From Campylobacter sp. RM16704 (lineage in GTDB: Bacteria; Campylobacterota; Campylobacteria; Campylobacterales; Campylobacteraceae): a DNA stretch of 32,000 nt. Position 1 is the first letter of the stretch. Each line of letters begins with the position of its first letter. Position numbers and translations under genes: made by a program. The stretch spans positions 124,464-156,463 of the forward strand of contig NZ_CP007769.1 in NCBI RefSeq assembly GCF_000816245.1, given 5' to 3'. Positions 11,464 through 19,488 of this stretch are shown here, piece by piece. The notes beneath the pieces are model-generated. The model worked only from the letters and a program-made list of their open reading frames with translations, ran no database searches and was not told where the DNA came from.

Positions 11464-13547
11464 TAAATTTCCTTTTTGATTTTACATTTTAAGCACTCTA
11501 AAAATGTGCCTTTTTTAAGCTCTTTGACAATCAAAGTTTCGCCACATTCGCTGCATTTTTCTTCACTTGGCTTGTATTTGCTTATATAGTTGCATTTTGG
11601 ATAAGCACTACACCCATAAAATTTACCACGCTTAGAAAAACGCTCTACAATCTCACCTTCTTGACAGCTTTGGCATTTTACGCCTATGGTGTTGAGTTTT
11701 TTCTCGCTTTTTTCTTTATTTTGTGTTTCTTGTTTTAAATTTCTTGAGTATTTGCATTTTGGAAAATTTAAACAAGCCACAAATTCCCCATATCTTCCTT
11801 TTCTTATGGCAAGTTCGCCTCCACAATCAGGGCAAGTTTCATCTAATTTTGTGAAAGTTTTTTGGCTTTTTATATTTTTTTTACCCTCATCAATTTTTCT
11901 CATAAAAGGAAAATAAAATTCCCTTAAAACTTCTTGCCAGTCCATCTTACCTTCTGCGATGATGTCAAGTTTATCTTCCATTTTAGAAGTAAAATCGCTA
12001 TCTACTATATCACTAAAATTTTGCTCTAAAACTTCTGTTACAACAAAGGCTATTTCGTTAGGTATGATTTGCTTTTTATCTATATATACATATTCTCTTG
12101 CACTAAGTAAAGAGATAGTTGGAGCATAAGTTGATGGGCGTCCTATGCCAAGATTTTCTAATCTTTTAACAAGTCCAGCTTCTGAATATCTTGAAGGTGG
12201 CTCAGTAAAATGTGAGTTTAATTCTATATTTTGGATAAGAAGTGTATCTTCTATTTTTAAATTAGGCAAAATTTTATCCTTATCCATATCCCCATATACT
12301 TTATAATGCCCATCAAATAAAATTTTTCTACCACTTATTTTAAAATTTGCATCATTAGAATTTACAAAAACATTTTGAGTTTGAGATATAGCAGGATTCA
12401 TCTGTGAAGCTAGGAAACGATTATAAATTAGCGTATAAAGCTTTGCTTCATCTTTTTCTAAAAACTCATTTGCAAGTTTTGGGGTAAAGCTAAGATTAGT
12501 CGGTCTTATAGCTTCATGTGCTTCTTGAGCACCTTTACTTTTAGTGGTATAAATGTTTGCTTTGCTTGGTAAGTATTCTTTACCAAATTCTTTTTTTATA
12601 AGTTTTCTCACTTCTTCTAGTGCTTCTTTTGCTATGTTTAAGCTATCTGTTCTCATATAAGTGATTATACCCATAGTGCCTTGATGGGTTTTTACACCCT
12701 CATAAAGCTTTTGAGCTATCATCATAGTTTTTTTAGGGTTAAAGCCTAAGCGATTACTCGCACTTTGTTGTAAGGTTGAGGTCATAAAAGGAGCTTGTGG
12801 GGCTATTTTTCTATCTTTACTTTCTATATCTTTGACTTTAAAATTAGCATTTTTACAAGCTTTAAAGATAAGCTTAGCTCTATCTTCATTTGTTAAACTT
12901 AGTTTTTCTATCTTTTGATTTTGAAATTCAACCAATTCAGCTTGTAAGTCTTTTTCAAAAACCATATCGATGCTAAAGTATTTTAAAGGTACAAAAGCTT
13001 TGATTTCTCTTTCTCTATCGACTATGATTTTTAAAGCTGCACTTTGCACACGCCCTGCACTTAAACCTTTTTGAATTTTTTGATTTAGCAAAGGACTTAG
13101 TTTATAACCTACTATGCGATCAAGTAAGCGTCTAGTTTGCTGGGCATTGACACTATTTACATTTAAAGATCTTGGATTTTTTAAAGCATTTTCTATGGCA
13201 TTTTTAGTGATTTCATGAAAAACTATGCGTGGTAAGGAATTTTCATCTTTGTTAATAGCCTTAGCTATATGATAAGCTATGGCTTCACCTTCTCTATCTT
13301 CATCGGTTGCAAGGTAGATGGTTTTAGCCTTTTTAGCCTTTTCTTTGATCTCTTTTACTAAGTTTGAATGGTCATTTGAAATTCTATATTCGGGTTTAAA
13401 ATTTTCATCTTCTATTTTTATACCAAAGCTAGTTTTAGGCAAATCTCTAATGTGTCCTTTAGAAGCGATTACTTCATAATCTTTTCCTAAAAAATTGCCT
13501 ATGGTTTTGGCTTTAGCAGGTGATTCTACTATGATTAAATTTTTCAT
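11463..13547 (-). CDS. topA: DNA topoisomerase I
   Basis: 694 aa with a Toprim N-terminus (LIIVESPAKAKTI, ATDEDREGEAI), the catalytic YMRTDS region and several C-terminal C4 zinc ribbons. Confidence 0.97.
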   Translation of the reverse strand: MKNLIIVESPAKAKTIGNFLGKDYEVIASKGHIRDLPKTSFGIKIEDENFKPEYRISNDHSNLVKEIKEKAKKAKTIYLATDEDREGEAIAYHIAKAINKDENSLPRIVFHEITKNAIENALKNPRSLNVNSVNAQQTRRLLDRIVGYKLSPLLNQKIQKGLSAGRVQSAALKIIVDREREIKAFVPLKYFSIDMVFEKDLQAELVEFQNQKIEKLSLTNEDRAKLIFKACKNANFKVKDIESKDRKIAPQAPFMTSTLQQSASNRLGFNPKKTMMIAQKLYEGVKTHQGTMGIITYMRTDSLNIAKEALEEVRKLIKKEFGKEYLPSKANIYTTKSKGAQEAHEAIRPTNLSFTPKLANEFLEKDEAKLYTLIYNRFLASQMNPAISQTQNVFVNSNDANFKISGRKILFDGHYKVYGDMDKDKILPNLKIEDTLLIQNIELNSHFTEPPSRYSEAGLVKRLENLGIGRPSTYAPTISLLSAREYVYIDKKQIIPNEIAFVVTEVLEQNFSDIVDSDFTSKMEDKLDIIAEGKMDWQEVLREFYFPFMRKIDEGKKNIKSQKTFTKLDETCPDCGGELAIRKGRYGEFVACLNFPKCKYSRNLKQETQNKEKSEKKLNTIGVKCQSCQEGEIVERFSKRGKFYGCSAYPKCNYISKYKPSEEKCSECGETLIVKELKKGTFLECLKCKIKKEI

Positions 13548-13560
13548 TATTTTCCTTGTA

Positions 13561-13641
13561 AGGATTAAAATTAATGAAAGTGTATAAAAAAAAATTAAAT
13601 TTTTTGCTTAGAGAGAAAAAAGCCTACCAAAAGGTGAGCTT
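13561..13641 (-). repeat. Copy 1 of a duplicated ~80-bp flagellin-3'/topA-5' intergenic segment (degenerate terminator plus probable topA promoter)
   Basis: AGGATTAAAATTAATGAAAGTGTAT-A9-TTAAATTTTTTGCTTAGAGAGAAAAAAGCCTACCAAAAGGTGAGCTT. It recurs at 14413-14491 with A7 instead of A9 and two substitutions. The hairpin arm here (GGTAGGC) carries a mismatch relative to copy 2. Confidence 0.9.
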
Positions 13642-14410
13642 GTTTGCTCTAATGGTATCAAGATTTGCTATAGCAGTATCAGCTATATCCATAACAGCCA
13701 TAGCACCTCTTAAAGTAGTAACACCAGCTGATTGTTTGCTTCCAGCTAATGGCGCAGTTGTCATAGCATTAAAGCCCATAGCTGAAGCTATATCTGCACT
13801 AATTTCACCTTTGATACTTTCAAGATTAACTGTGCTTTGTGCTATTTGAGCTGATCCAATACCAGCGTTTGAAATATTAGTTCCACTTAAAAAAATATCA
13901 GAACCATCATTTTTAACTAAAGTTAGCCTACCATAGTTTTCTTCTTTTATTTGGCCATCTAAACCACCTGTTGAACCACTAATCTTAATACCTCTACCAT
14001 CTGCTGAATTTAACACTAATCTTCCATCTACTATAGAAGCTTCAACACCAGTAGTGTCTTTTTTAGCATTGATAGCAGCTACTAAAGCTCCATCTTTATC
14101 ATTTGCTTTAAATGTAACCTTACCTATAACAACACCGTTTATAGCAAAGGTTTGTCCTGTAGAACCAGCAGTTATTGCAGCACTTGATATAGTTTGAACC
14201 ACAGCAGTTGCTCTAACTCCTGTTTTATCAGAAGCTTTGTTAATCTCAGCTGCTAAAGCTCCAAGTCCTGTTCCAACACTATATGAAATATCTACGCCTT
14301 GAACTGTATAATCATTAATACCATCATATTTTTTGATGACAAGGTTTTGATTTGCCACCGCACCTGTAATATTTTTACCTGTTTCAAAGCGAGTTTGACC
14401 GATTTTTGCT
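13641..14410 (-). pseudogene. Promoterless internal flagellin fragment (codons ~167-422 of the adjacent flaA-like gene): a silent cassette or duplication remnant
   Basis: The 770 bp at 13641-14410 are identical base for base (checked line by line, constant offset 1080) to 14721-15490 inside the full-length flagellin gene. The fragment lacks the N-terminal 166 codons and the C-terminal ~70 codons. An in-frame stop lies upstream and there is no ATG or RBS. The ORF-track entry 13624-14358 begins at an internal GTG and ends in junction-derived ...RANKLTFW. Confidence 0.9.
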
Positions 14411-14412
14411 AG

Positions 14413-14491
14413 AGGATTAAAATTAATGAAAGTGTATAAAAAAATTAAATTTTTTGCTTAGAAAGAAAAAAGCCCACCAAAAGGTGAGCTT
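14413..14491 (-). repeat. Copy 2 of the duplicated ~80-bp intergenic segment (contains the functional-looking flagellin terminator)
   Basis: Same sequence as 13561-13641 apart from A7 versus A9, G/A and T/C differences. It lies between the full-length flagellin stop and the flagellin fragment. Confidence 0.9.
14466..14489 (-). terminator. Rho-independent terminator of the flaA-like gene
   Basis: On the minus strand: GCUCACC-UUUU-GGUGGGC followed by UUUUUU (7-bp stem with one G-U pair), 20 nt after the TAG stop. Confidence 0.7.
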
Positions 14492-14508
14492 AGGAGTTCG
14501 TAAATAAA

Positions 14509-15987
14509 CTACTGAAGTAATCTTAATACATTTTGAGAAGCTGCATTTGCTTGAGCCATAGCATAAGACCCACTTTGAGCTAAGATATTAGCTTTAGAGT
14601 AGTTTGCACTCTCACTTGCAAAGTCAACATCTCTAATTTGAGATTCAGCAGCTTTAACATTAACTTGAGTTACGCTAATGTTGTTAATAGTTGAGGTGAC
14701 TTGATTCATCGTAGCACCGATGTTTGCTCTAATGGTATCAAGATTTGCTATAGCAGTATCAGCTATATCCATAACAGCCATAGCACCTCTTAAAGTAGTA
14801 ACACCAGCTGATTGTTTGCTTCCAGCTAATGGCGCAGTTGTCATAGCATTAAAGCCCATAGCTGAAGCTATATCTGCACTAATTTCACCTTTGATACTTT
14901 CAAGATTAACTGTGCTTTGTGCTATTTGAGCTGATCCAATACCAGCGTTTGAAATATTAGTTCCACTTAAAAAAATATCAGAACCATCATTTTTAACTAA
15001 AGTTAGCCTACCATAGTTTTCTTCTTTTATTTGGCCATCTAAACCACCTGTTGAACCACTAATCTTAATACCTCTACCATCTGCTGAATTTAACACTAAT
15101 CTTCCATCTACTATAGAAGCTTCAACACCAGTAGTGTCTTTTTTAGCATTGATAGCAGCTACTAAAGCTCCATCTTTATCATTTGCTTTAAATGTAACCT
15201 TACCTATAACAACACCGTTTATAGCAAAGGTTTGTCCTGTAGAACCAGCAGTTATTGCAGCACTTGATATAGTTTGAACCACAGCAGTTGCTCTAACTCC
15301 TGTTTTATCAGAAGCTTTGTTAATCTCAGCTGCTAAAGCTCCAAGTCCTGTTCCAACACTATATGAAATATCTACGCCTTGAACTGTATAATCATTAATA
15401 CCATCATATTTTTTGATGACAAGGTTTTGATTTGCCACCGCACCTGTAATATTTTTACCTGTTTCAAAGCGAGTTTGACCGATTTTTGCTGAGTTAGTTG
15501 AACCTATAGTAGCATTTACAGTTTGGTTTGATTTGTCCCCGATCTGGAATTTTGCATTTGCAAAAGAACCACTTAAAAGTTGCTTACCATTGAAAGTTGT
15601 AGTATTTGCTATGTTTTCAAGTTCTTCCATAAGTTTTACGATTTCACCTTGAATCATCGCTCTAGTTTTAGCTGTTTGACCATCTTGAGCTGCTTGAGTA
15701 GCTTTAACTTTAATGGTATCTAGTATTTTTAATTGCTCATCCATAGCTTTATCAGCAATTTGAAGTATACCATTTGCATCGTTTGCATTGTTAATAGCTT
15801 GGCCTAAAGAATTAGCTTGAGTTCTTAAACTATCAGCAATCGCTAAACCAGAAGCATCATCTGCAGCAGAATTTATTCTCAAACCTGAACTAAGTCTTCC
15901 TAAAGAAGTATCTAAAGCTCTTGAGTTCAAAGTAGAGTTTACATGAGCATTTAAAGCTGCAGTATTTGTGTTAATACGAAATCCCAT
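14509..15987 (-). CDS. flaA: Flagellin, sigma28-promoter type (FlaA-like), 492 aa
   Basis: Canonical flagellin N-terminus (MGFRINTN...[16 protein letters not shown]) and C-terminus ([25 protein letters not shown]) around a Ser/Thr/Gly-rich central domain. A sigma28-like promoter lies upstream. Confidence 0.95.
   Translation of the reverse strand: MGFRINTNTAALNAHVNSTLNSRALDTSLGRLSSGLRINSAADDASGLAIADSLRTQANSLGQAINNANDANGILQIADKAMDEQLKILDTIKVKATQAAQDGQTAKTRAMIQGEIVKLMEELENIANTTTFNGKQLLSGSFANAKFQIGDKSNQTVNATIGSTNSAKIGQTRFETGKNITGAVANQNLVIKKYDGINDYTVQGVDISYSVGTGLGALAAEINKASDKTGVRATAVVQTISSAAITAGSTGQTFAINGVVIGKVTFKANDKDGALVAAINAKKDTTGVEASIVDGRLVLNSADGRGIKISGSTGGLDGQIKEENYGRLTLVKNDGSDIFLSGTNISNAGIGSAQIAQSTVNLESIKGEISADIASAMGFNAMTTAPLAGSKQSAGVTTLRGAMAVMDIADTAIANLDTIRANIGATMNQVTSTINNISVTQVNVKAAESQIRDVDFASESANYSKANILAQSGSYAMAQANAASQNVLRLLQ
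15676..15757. repeat. 82-bp block identical, in inverted orientation, to 16378-16459 (codons 77-104 of both flagellin genes)
   Basis: The reverse complement of 15676-15757 equals 16378-16459 (TGCTGATAAAGCTATGGATGAGCAATTAAAAATACTAGATACCATTAAAGTTAAAGCTACTCAAGCAGCTCAAGATGGTCAA). A second block, 15847-15902, is the inverted copy of 16233-16288 (56 bp). Sequence between the blocks differs at many synonymous sites. Confidence 0.9.
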
Positions 15988-16037
15988 TTTAAATCCTTTT
16001 AAATATATTCAACAACGTCATGCTGTCGTTAAAAACT

Positions 16038-16064
16038 ATATCGGAAGTATTTTTTTTTTTTTTA
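16038..16064 (-). promoter_or_regulatory. Sigma28 (FliA)-type promoter for the flaA-like gene
   Basis: The minus strand reads TAAA (complement of 16061-16064), a ~16-nt spacer, then CCGATAT (complement of 16038-16044), about 50 nt upstream of the ATG. This matches the TAAA-N15/16-CCGATAT class used by Campylobacter flaA. Confidence 0.65.
16050..16063. repeat. Homopolymeric T14 (A14 on the flaA sense strand)
   Basis: Fourteen consecutive T read directly from the sequence. The tract occupies most of the spacer of the sigma28-type promoter and sits between the two divergent flagellin promoters. Confidence 0.95.
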
Positions 16065-16094
16065 ATATTTTTGCAATATTTTTTTATATTTTTT

Positions 16095-16110
16095 TGGAAC
16101 ACTTATTGCT
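16095..16110 (+). promoter_or_regulatory. Sigma54 (RpoN)-type promoter for the flaB-like gene
   Basis: TGGAAC-ACTTA-TTGCT, with GG (16096-16097) and GC (16108-16109) separated by exactly 10 nt. This matches the TGGCAC-N5-TTGCW -24/-12 consensus, about 40 nt upstream of the ATG at 16148. Confidence 0.7.
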
Positions 16111-16147
16111 TTAAGCCTAACTAAGCAATATTTTGAAAGGATTTAAA

Positions 16148-17626
16148 ATGGGTTTTAGAATAAACACCAACATAGGTGCAATGAATGCACACGCAAATTC
16201 AGTAATCACAGCTAGAGAATTAGATAAATCTCTAGGAAGACTTAGTTCAGGTTTGAGAATAAATTCTGCTGCAGATGATGCTTCTGGTATGGCAATAGCT
16301 GATTCACTTAGAAATCAAGCAGCATCTTTAGGTCAGGCTATTAACAATGGTAATGATGCTATAGGTATTTTACAAACTGCTGATAAAGCTATGGATGAGC
16401 AATTAAAAATACTAGATACCATTAAAGTTAAAGCTACTCAAGCAGCTCAAGATGGTCAATCAGCTAAAACTAGGGTTATGATACAAAATGAAATCAATCG
16501 TTTGATGGAAGAGCTTGATAACATAGCAAATACTACAGCTTTCAATGGTAAGCAACTTTTAAGTGGAAATTTTGTTAATCAAGAATTTCAAATTGGAGCT
16601 CAATCAAATCAAACCGTGCATGCAACCATAGGGCCAACTCAATCAGCAAAAATCGGTCATACTCGTTTTGAAACAGGTGCTAGAGTTACTGGTAGTACTA
16701 CTGCGAATTTAATATTAAAATCATATGATGGTATTAATGATTATACATTCCAACCTATTCCTATTTCATATAGTGTTGGAACAGGACTTGGAGCTTTAGC
16801 AGCTGAGATAAATAAAGTAGCTGATAAAACAGGAGTTAGAGCAACTGCTGTGGTTCAAACTATATCAAGTGGTGCATTAGCTGCTGGTTCTACAGGATCA
16901 AGTTTTGCTATAAATGGTGTTGTTATAGGTAAGGTTGCTTATGAGGCTGGAGATAAAAATGGAGCTTTGGCAGCTGCTATCAATGCTAAAAAAGACACTA
17001 CTGGGGTTGAAGCATCTGTAGTAGATGGAAAACTCATATTAAATTCAGCAGATGGTAGAGGTATTAAGATTAGTGGTTCAATGGGAAGTTTAGCTAATCA
17101 GGTTGTAGATGAAAATTACGGAAGACTTTCTTTGGTTAAAAATGATGGTAGAGATATATTATTAGGAGGAAGTAATATTTCTGCAGTCGGTCTTGGTTCA
17201 AATGCAGCTATGGCAGAAGTAACTGCAAATTTACAAGATATCAAAGGCAGAATTACACCTGATATAGCTTCAGCTATGGGCTTTAATGCTATGAGTACTG
17301 CTGAAAATATTACTAGTCCAAAAAGTGCTGGTGTAAGCACGCTAAGAGGTGCTATGGCTGTTATGGATTTAGCTGATAGTGCTATTATCACACTTGATAC
17401 TATTAGAGCAGATATTGGTGCAGTGCAAAATCAAATCACAGCTACTATTAATAATATCAGTGTAACTCAAGTAAATATTAAATCAGCTGAATCAACTATT
17501 AGAGATGTGGATTTTGCAGCTGAGAGTGCAAACTTTTCTAAATACAACATTCTAGCTCAAAGTGGTTCTTATGCTATGAGCCAAGCAAACGCTGTCCAAC
17601 AAAATGTATTAAAACTTTTACAATAA
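16148..17626 (+). CDS. flaB: Flagellin, sigma54-promoter type (FlaB-like), 492 aa
   Basis: Canonical flagellin termini, roughly 80% identical by eye to the divergent flaA-like protein. The ORF track starts at TTG 16133 (MKGFK...). The ATG at 16148 gives the conserved MGFRINTN start, is preceded by AAAGGA (16136-16141) and yields the same 492-aa length as its paralog. Confidence 0.95.
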   Translation: MGFRINTNIGAMNAHANSVITARELDKSLGRLSSGLRINSAADDASGMAIADSLRNQAASLGQAINNGNDAIGILQTADKAMDEQLKILDTIKVKATQAAQDGQSAKTRVMIQNEINRLMEELDNIANTTAFNGKQLLSGNFVNQEFQIGAQSNQTVHATIGPTQSAKIGHTRFETGARVTGSTTANLILKSYDGINDYTFQPIPISYSVGTGLGALAAEINKVADKTGVRATAVVQTISSGALAAGSTGSSFAINGVVIGKVAYEAGDKNGALAAAINAKKDTTGVEASVVDGKLILNSADGRGIKISGSMGSLANQVVDENYGRLSLVKNDGRDILLGGSNISAVGLGSNAAMAEVTANLQDIKGRITPDIASAMGFNAMSTAENITSPKSAGVSTLRGAMAVMDLADSAIITLDTIRADIGAVQNQITATINNISVTQVNIKSAESTIRDVDFAAESANFSKYNILAQSGSYAMSQANAVQQNVLKLLQ

Positions 17627-17629
17627 GCC

Positions 17630-17650
17630 AAAGCCCTTTTAAAGGGCTTT
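17630..17650. terminator. Bidirectional hairpin between convergent flaB-like and the last maf gene
   Basis: AAAGCCC-TTTTAAA-GGGCTTT begins 4 nt after the flaB-like TAA and contains the stop codon of the maf ORF (complement of 17639-17641). Confidence 0.55.
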
Positions 17651-19477
17651 AAAATCGATTTTTTTCAATGCTTCATTTTGAATGGTTAAAAAGCTAATAA
17701 AATTTTCAAGCCATTCTTTGTTTGCTTCTAACCATTGTATGTTTTTTAACATTTTTTCTTCATCTGTGTTGATTGGTTTTACAAAAATAGTTGCTAGATT
17801 ACTTTCAAGATGAAAAAATAAAGGTTCAAATAATTCACTTTTTATAAAAGGATTATCATAAACTTTTATTTTAAAAGAATCAATTTTTTTAATCAATGCA
17901 GTAATGTTTTTTTGTGAATTTTCTTCTAGAATTTTATTTGTTTGGTTAAAAAGATTTTTTCCCTGTTGTAAGTATTTTTCCAAAATATTTAATTGTTTTT
18001 CTATAATTAAATGTATTTTTGTGGTATTTTTTTGGTGATTTTTATTTGGAAAAGCAAAATAAGGTTTATCTTCTTTTAATAACTCTTCACAAAGCTCTTT
18101 AAATGGTTTTTCTATAGCACCTTCTATCCTAGCTCCACCTTCAGTGGCGTTATAGGTTGTGATGTTTATTTTTTTATAAAGTTCAATATCTCTTTGAAAG
18201 GTTTTTCTAAAAATATCCCAGCACATATTCGTTTCTACCTTACCATTACCACCATAAGCAGTAACAAATAAACCTTCTTTTCTGTCATTTTCACTTTCTT
18301 GGGTATGTAGATATTCTTTAGGATGAGAATTTCCATCTTCTCCATAGGCTAAATCTTGTCCTATTAAGATGATATTTTTATGCCCTAATTTTTCAGCTAA
18401 ATCATAAGCCATATTAGCTACGCTTAAACCTGTACCTAAATAACCATAATCATTCATATTTAAAGCTTTAGAAAAAGGTAGTGGTCTATGTACTAATATA
18501 TATGGTTTTTTTGTTTTTTCTAAAGTATCTATAACACTTTTATGTGCTACACTAGCTACAATAAATAATATATCTTTATCAAATTCTTGATTATCTTTTT
18601 CAAAACACTGATAAACAAGGTTATGTCTTTCTAAAGCTAAAACATAATCAGGTTTTATATTATGTTTTGCAAGTATTGGATATGCCGTATCAGCACATAT
18701 AATAGTTGCCTTATTAACATATTCTTTTAACAAAGGTAATTGTTTTATCAAAGATGGACCAGTAGAAACTATAATAGCATTTTCTATTTTATCTTTTCTT
18801 TGTTGGATTAAGTCTTTTAAGCTAGGATTGGCTAGTTGATAAGGTAAATTATGTAAAAGTTGGGTGATGCCTTCAAAAGAATCTAGTGGAGAGTTTCCTT
18901 TAGCATCTGTGATATATTTAATAGCTTTTAATGTGATAGAATTGGTATTTAAAATATTTTCTTCATAGTATTTTTCATAATAATTAATTGTAATGTGAAG
19001 ATTATAGAGTTTTAAAAGAGTGTTTATACCTTTGTTTTCTAAAAAATTAACTAATATATTAAAATTTACTTTATAAAACAAAATCACTTTTTCACTTCTT
19101 AGCTCTTCGCTTAAATCTAAATAATGAAAAACCAAATAAATAATCTCTAATTCTTCTTCAAATATAACTAAATGATTTCTTAAAGGATTAGAAAGTAAAG
19201 CTTTGTATAAAATTCCATTACCCAAACCATAAAAAAATAAAACAGGATATCTTAAAAATTCTCCATTAAATAGTTTTAAACTTTCATCTAATTCTTTTAA
19301 AGGATCTTTATATACAAATTCTTTTCTTTTTTTATCTAGTATATTTATATCTAAATTATCATTACTTCCTTGAAAAAGTTCAAATCGTTCACACTCTTTA
19401 AGCTCTCTTAATTTTAAAGCTAAAGGCTGGTCTTTTTCAAATAAAGCTTGAGTGTTTTTTAAAAAAAGTTCATTCAT
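17639..19477 (-). CDS. maf: Motility accessory factor (Maf; DUF115/MAF_flag10 putative flagellin nonulosonic-acid glycosyltransferase), paralog 6 in transcription order
   Basis: 612 aa with Maf family motifs NAIIVSTGPSLIKQLPLLKE, IILIGQDLAYGEDGNSHPKE and TYNATEGGARIEGAIEKPF. Its N-terminal 135 aa are identical to the next paralog, and its catalytic core is identical to two others. Confidence 0.9.
   Translation of the reverse strand: MNELFLKNTQALFEKDQPLALKLRELKECERFELFQGSNDNLDINILDKKRKEFVYKDPLKELDESLKLFNGEFLRYPVLFFYGLGNGILYKALLSNPLRNHLVIFEEELEIIYLVFHYLDLSEELRSEKVILFYKVNFNILVNFLENKGINTLLKLYNLHITINYYEKYYEENILNTNSITLKAIKYITDAKGNSPLDSFEGITQLLHNLPYQLANPSLKDLIQQRKDKIENAIIVSTGPSLIKQLPLLKEYVNKATIICADTAYPILAKHNIKPDYVLALERHNLVYQCFEKDNQEFDKDILFIVASVAHKSVIDTLEKTKKPYILVHRPLPFSKALNMNDYGYLGTGLSVANMAYDLAEKLGHKNIILIGQDLAYGEDGNSHPKEYLHTQESENDRKEGLFVTAYGGNGKVETNMCWDIFRKTFQRDIELYKKINITTYNATEGGARIEGAIEKPFKELCEELLKEDKPYFAFPNKNHQKNTTKIHLIIEKQLNILEKYLQQGKNLFNQTNKILEENSQKNITALIKKIDSFKIKVYDNPFIKSELFEPLFFHLESNLATIFVKPINTDEEKMLKNIQWLEANKEWLENFISFLTIQNEALKKIDFKAL
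18240..18873 (-). repeat. maf catalytic-core module, copy 1 of 3 (634 bp)
   Basis: Near-identical (about three single-base differences seen by eye) to 23738-24371 and 27491-28124, at constant offsets of 5498 and 9251. Confidence 0.9.
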
Positions 19478-19488
19478 GTTTTTACCTT
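19074..19488 (-). repeat. maf N-terminal module type I, copy 1 of 2 (415 bp including RBS)
   Basis: Identical by eye to 20929-21343 (offset 1855). It covers codons 1-135 plus 11 nt upstream of the ATG. Confidence 0.9.

Noticed and set aside
10799-11916. Plus-strand ORFs 10799-10993 and 11686-11916
   Set aside because: They are antisense to bioB and topA and are shadow ORFs with no start context.
13574-13849. Plus-strand ORFs antisense to flagellin sequence (13574-13849, 14720-14929) and the minus-strand ORF 17116-17391
   Set aside because: These are mirror-frame artefacts of the Ala/Ser/Thr/Gly-rich flagellin coding sequence. The first two duplicate each other only because the underlying DNA is duplicated. 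None has an RBS.
13624-14358. ORF-track 244-aa ORF that looks like a third flagellin gene
   Set aside because: It is an internal flagellin fragment read from an internal GTG. It lacks the conserved N- and C-terminal flagellin domains, an RBS and a promoter, and it ends in junction-derived residues. It is annotated as a pseudogene/cassette instead.
16007-16030. Short imperfect inverted repeat (AACGTCATGCTGTCGTT) in the flaA-like 5' leader
   Set aside because: Only about 4 bp of uninterrupted pairing, which is too weak to call a regulatory structure.
16133-16147. TTG start giving an MKGFK extension on the flaB-like flagellin
   Set aside because: The ATG at 16148 restores the universally conserved MGFRINTN flagellin N-terminus. 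It also has a properly spaced AAAGGA RBS that would lie inside the extension.
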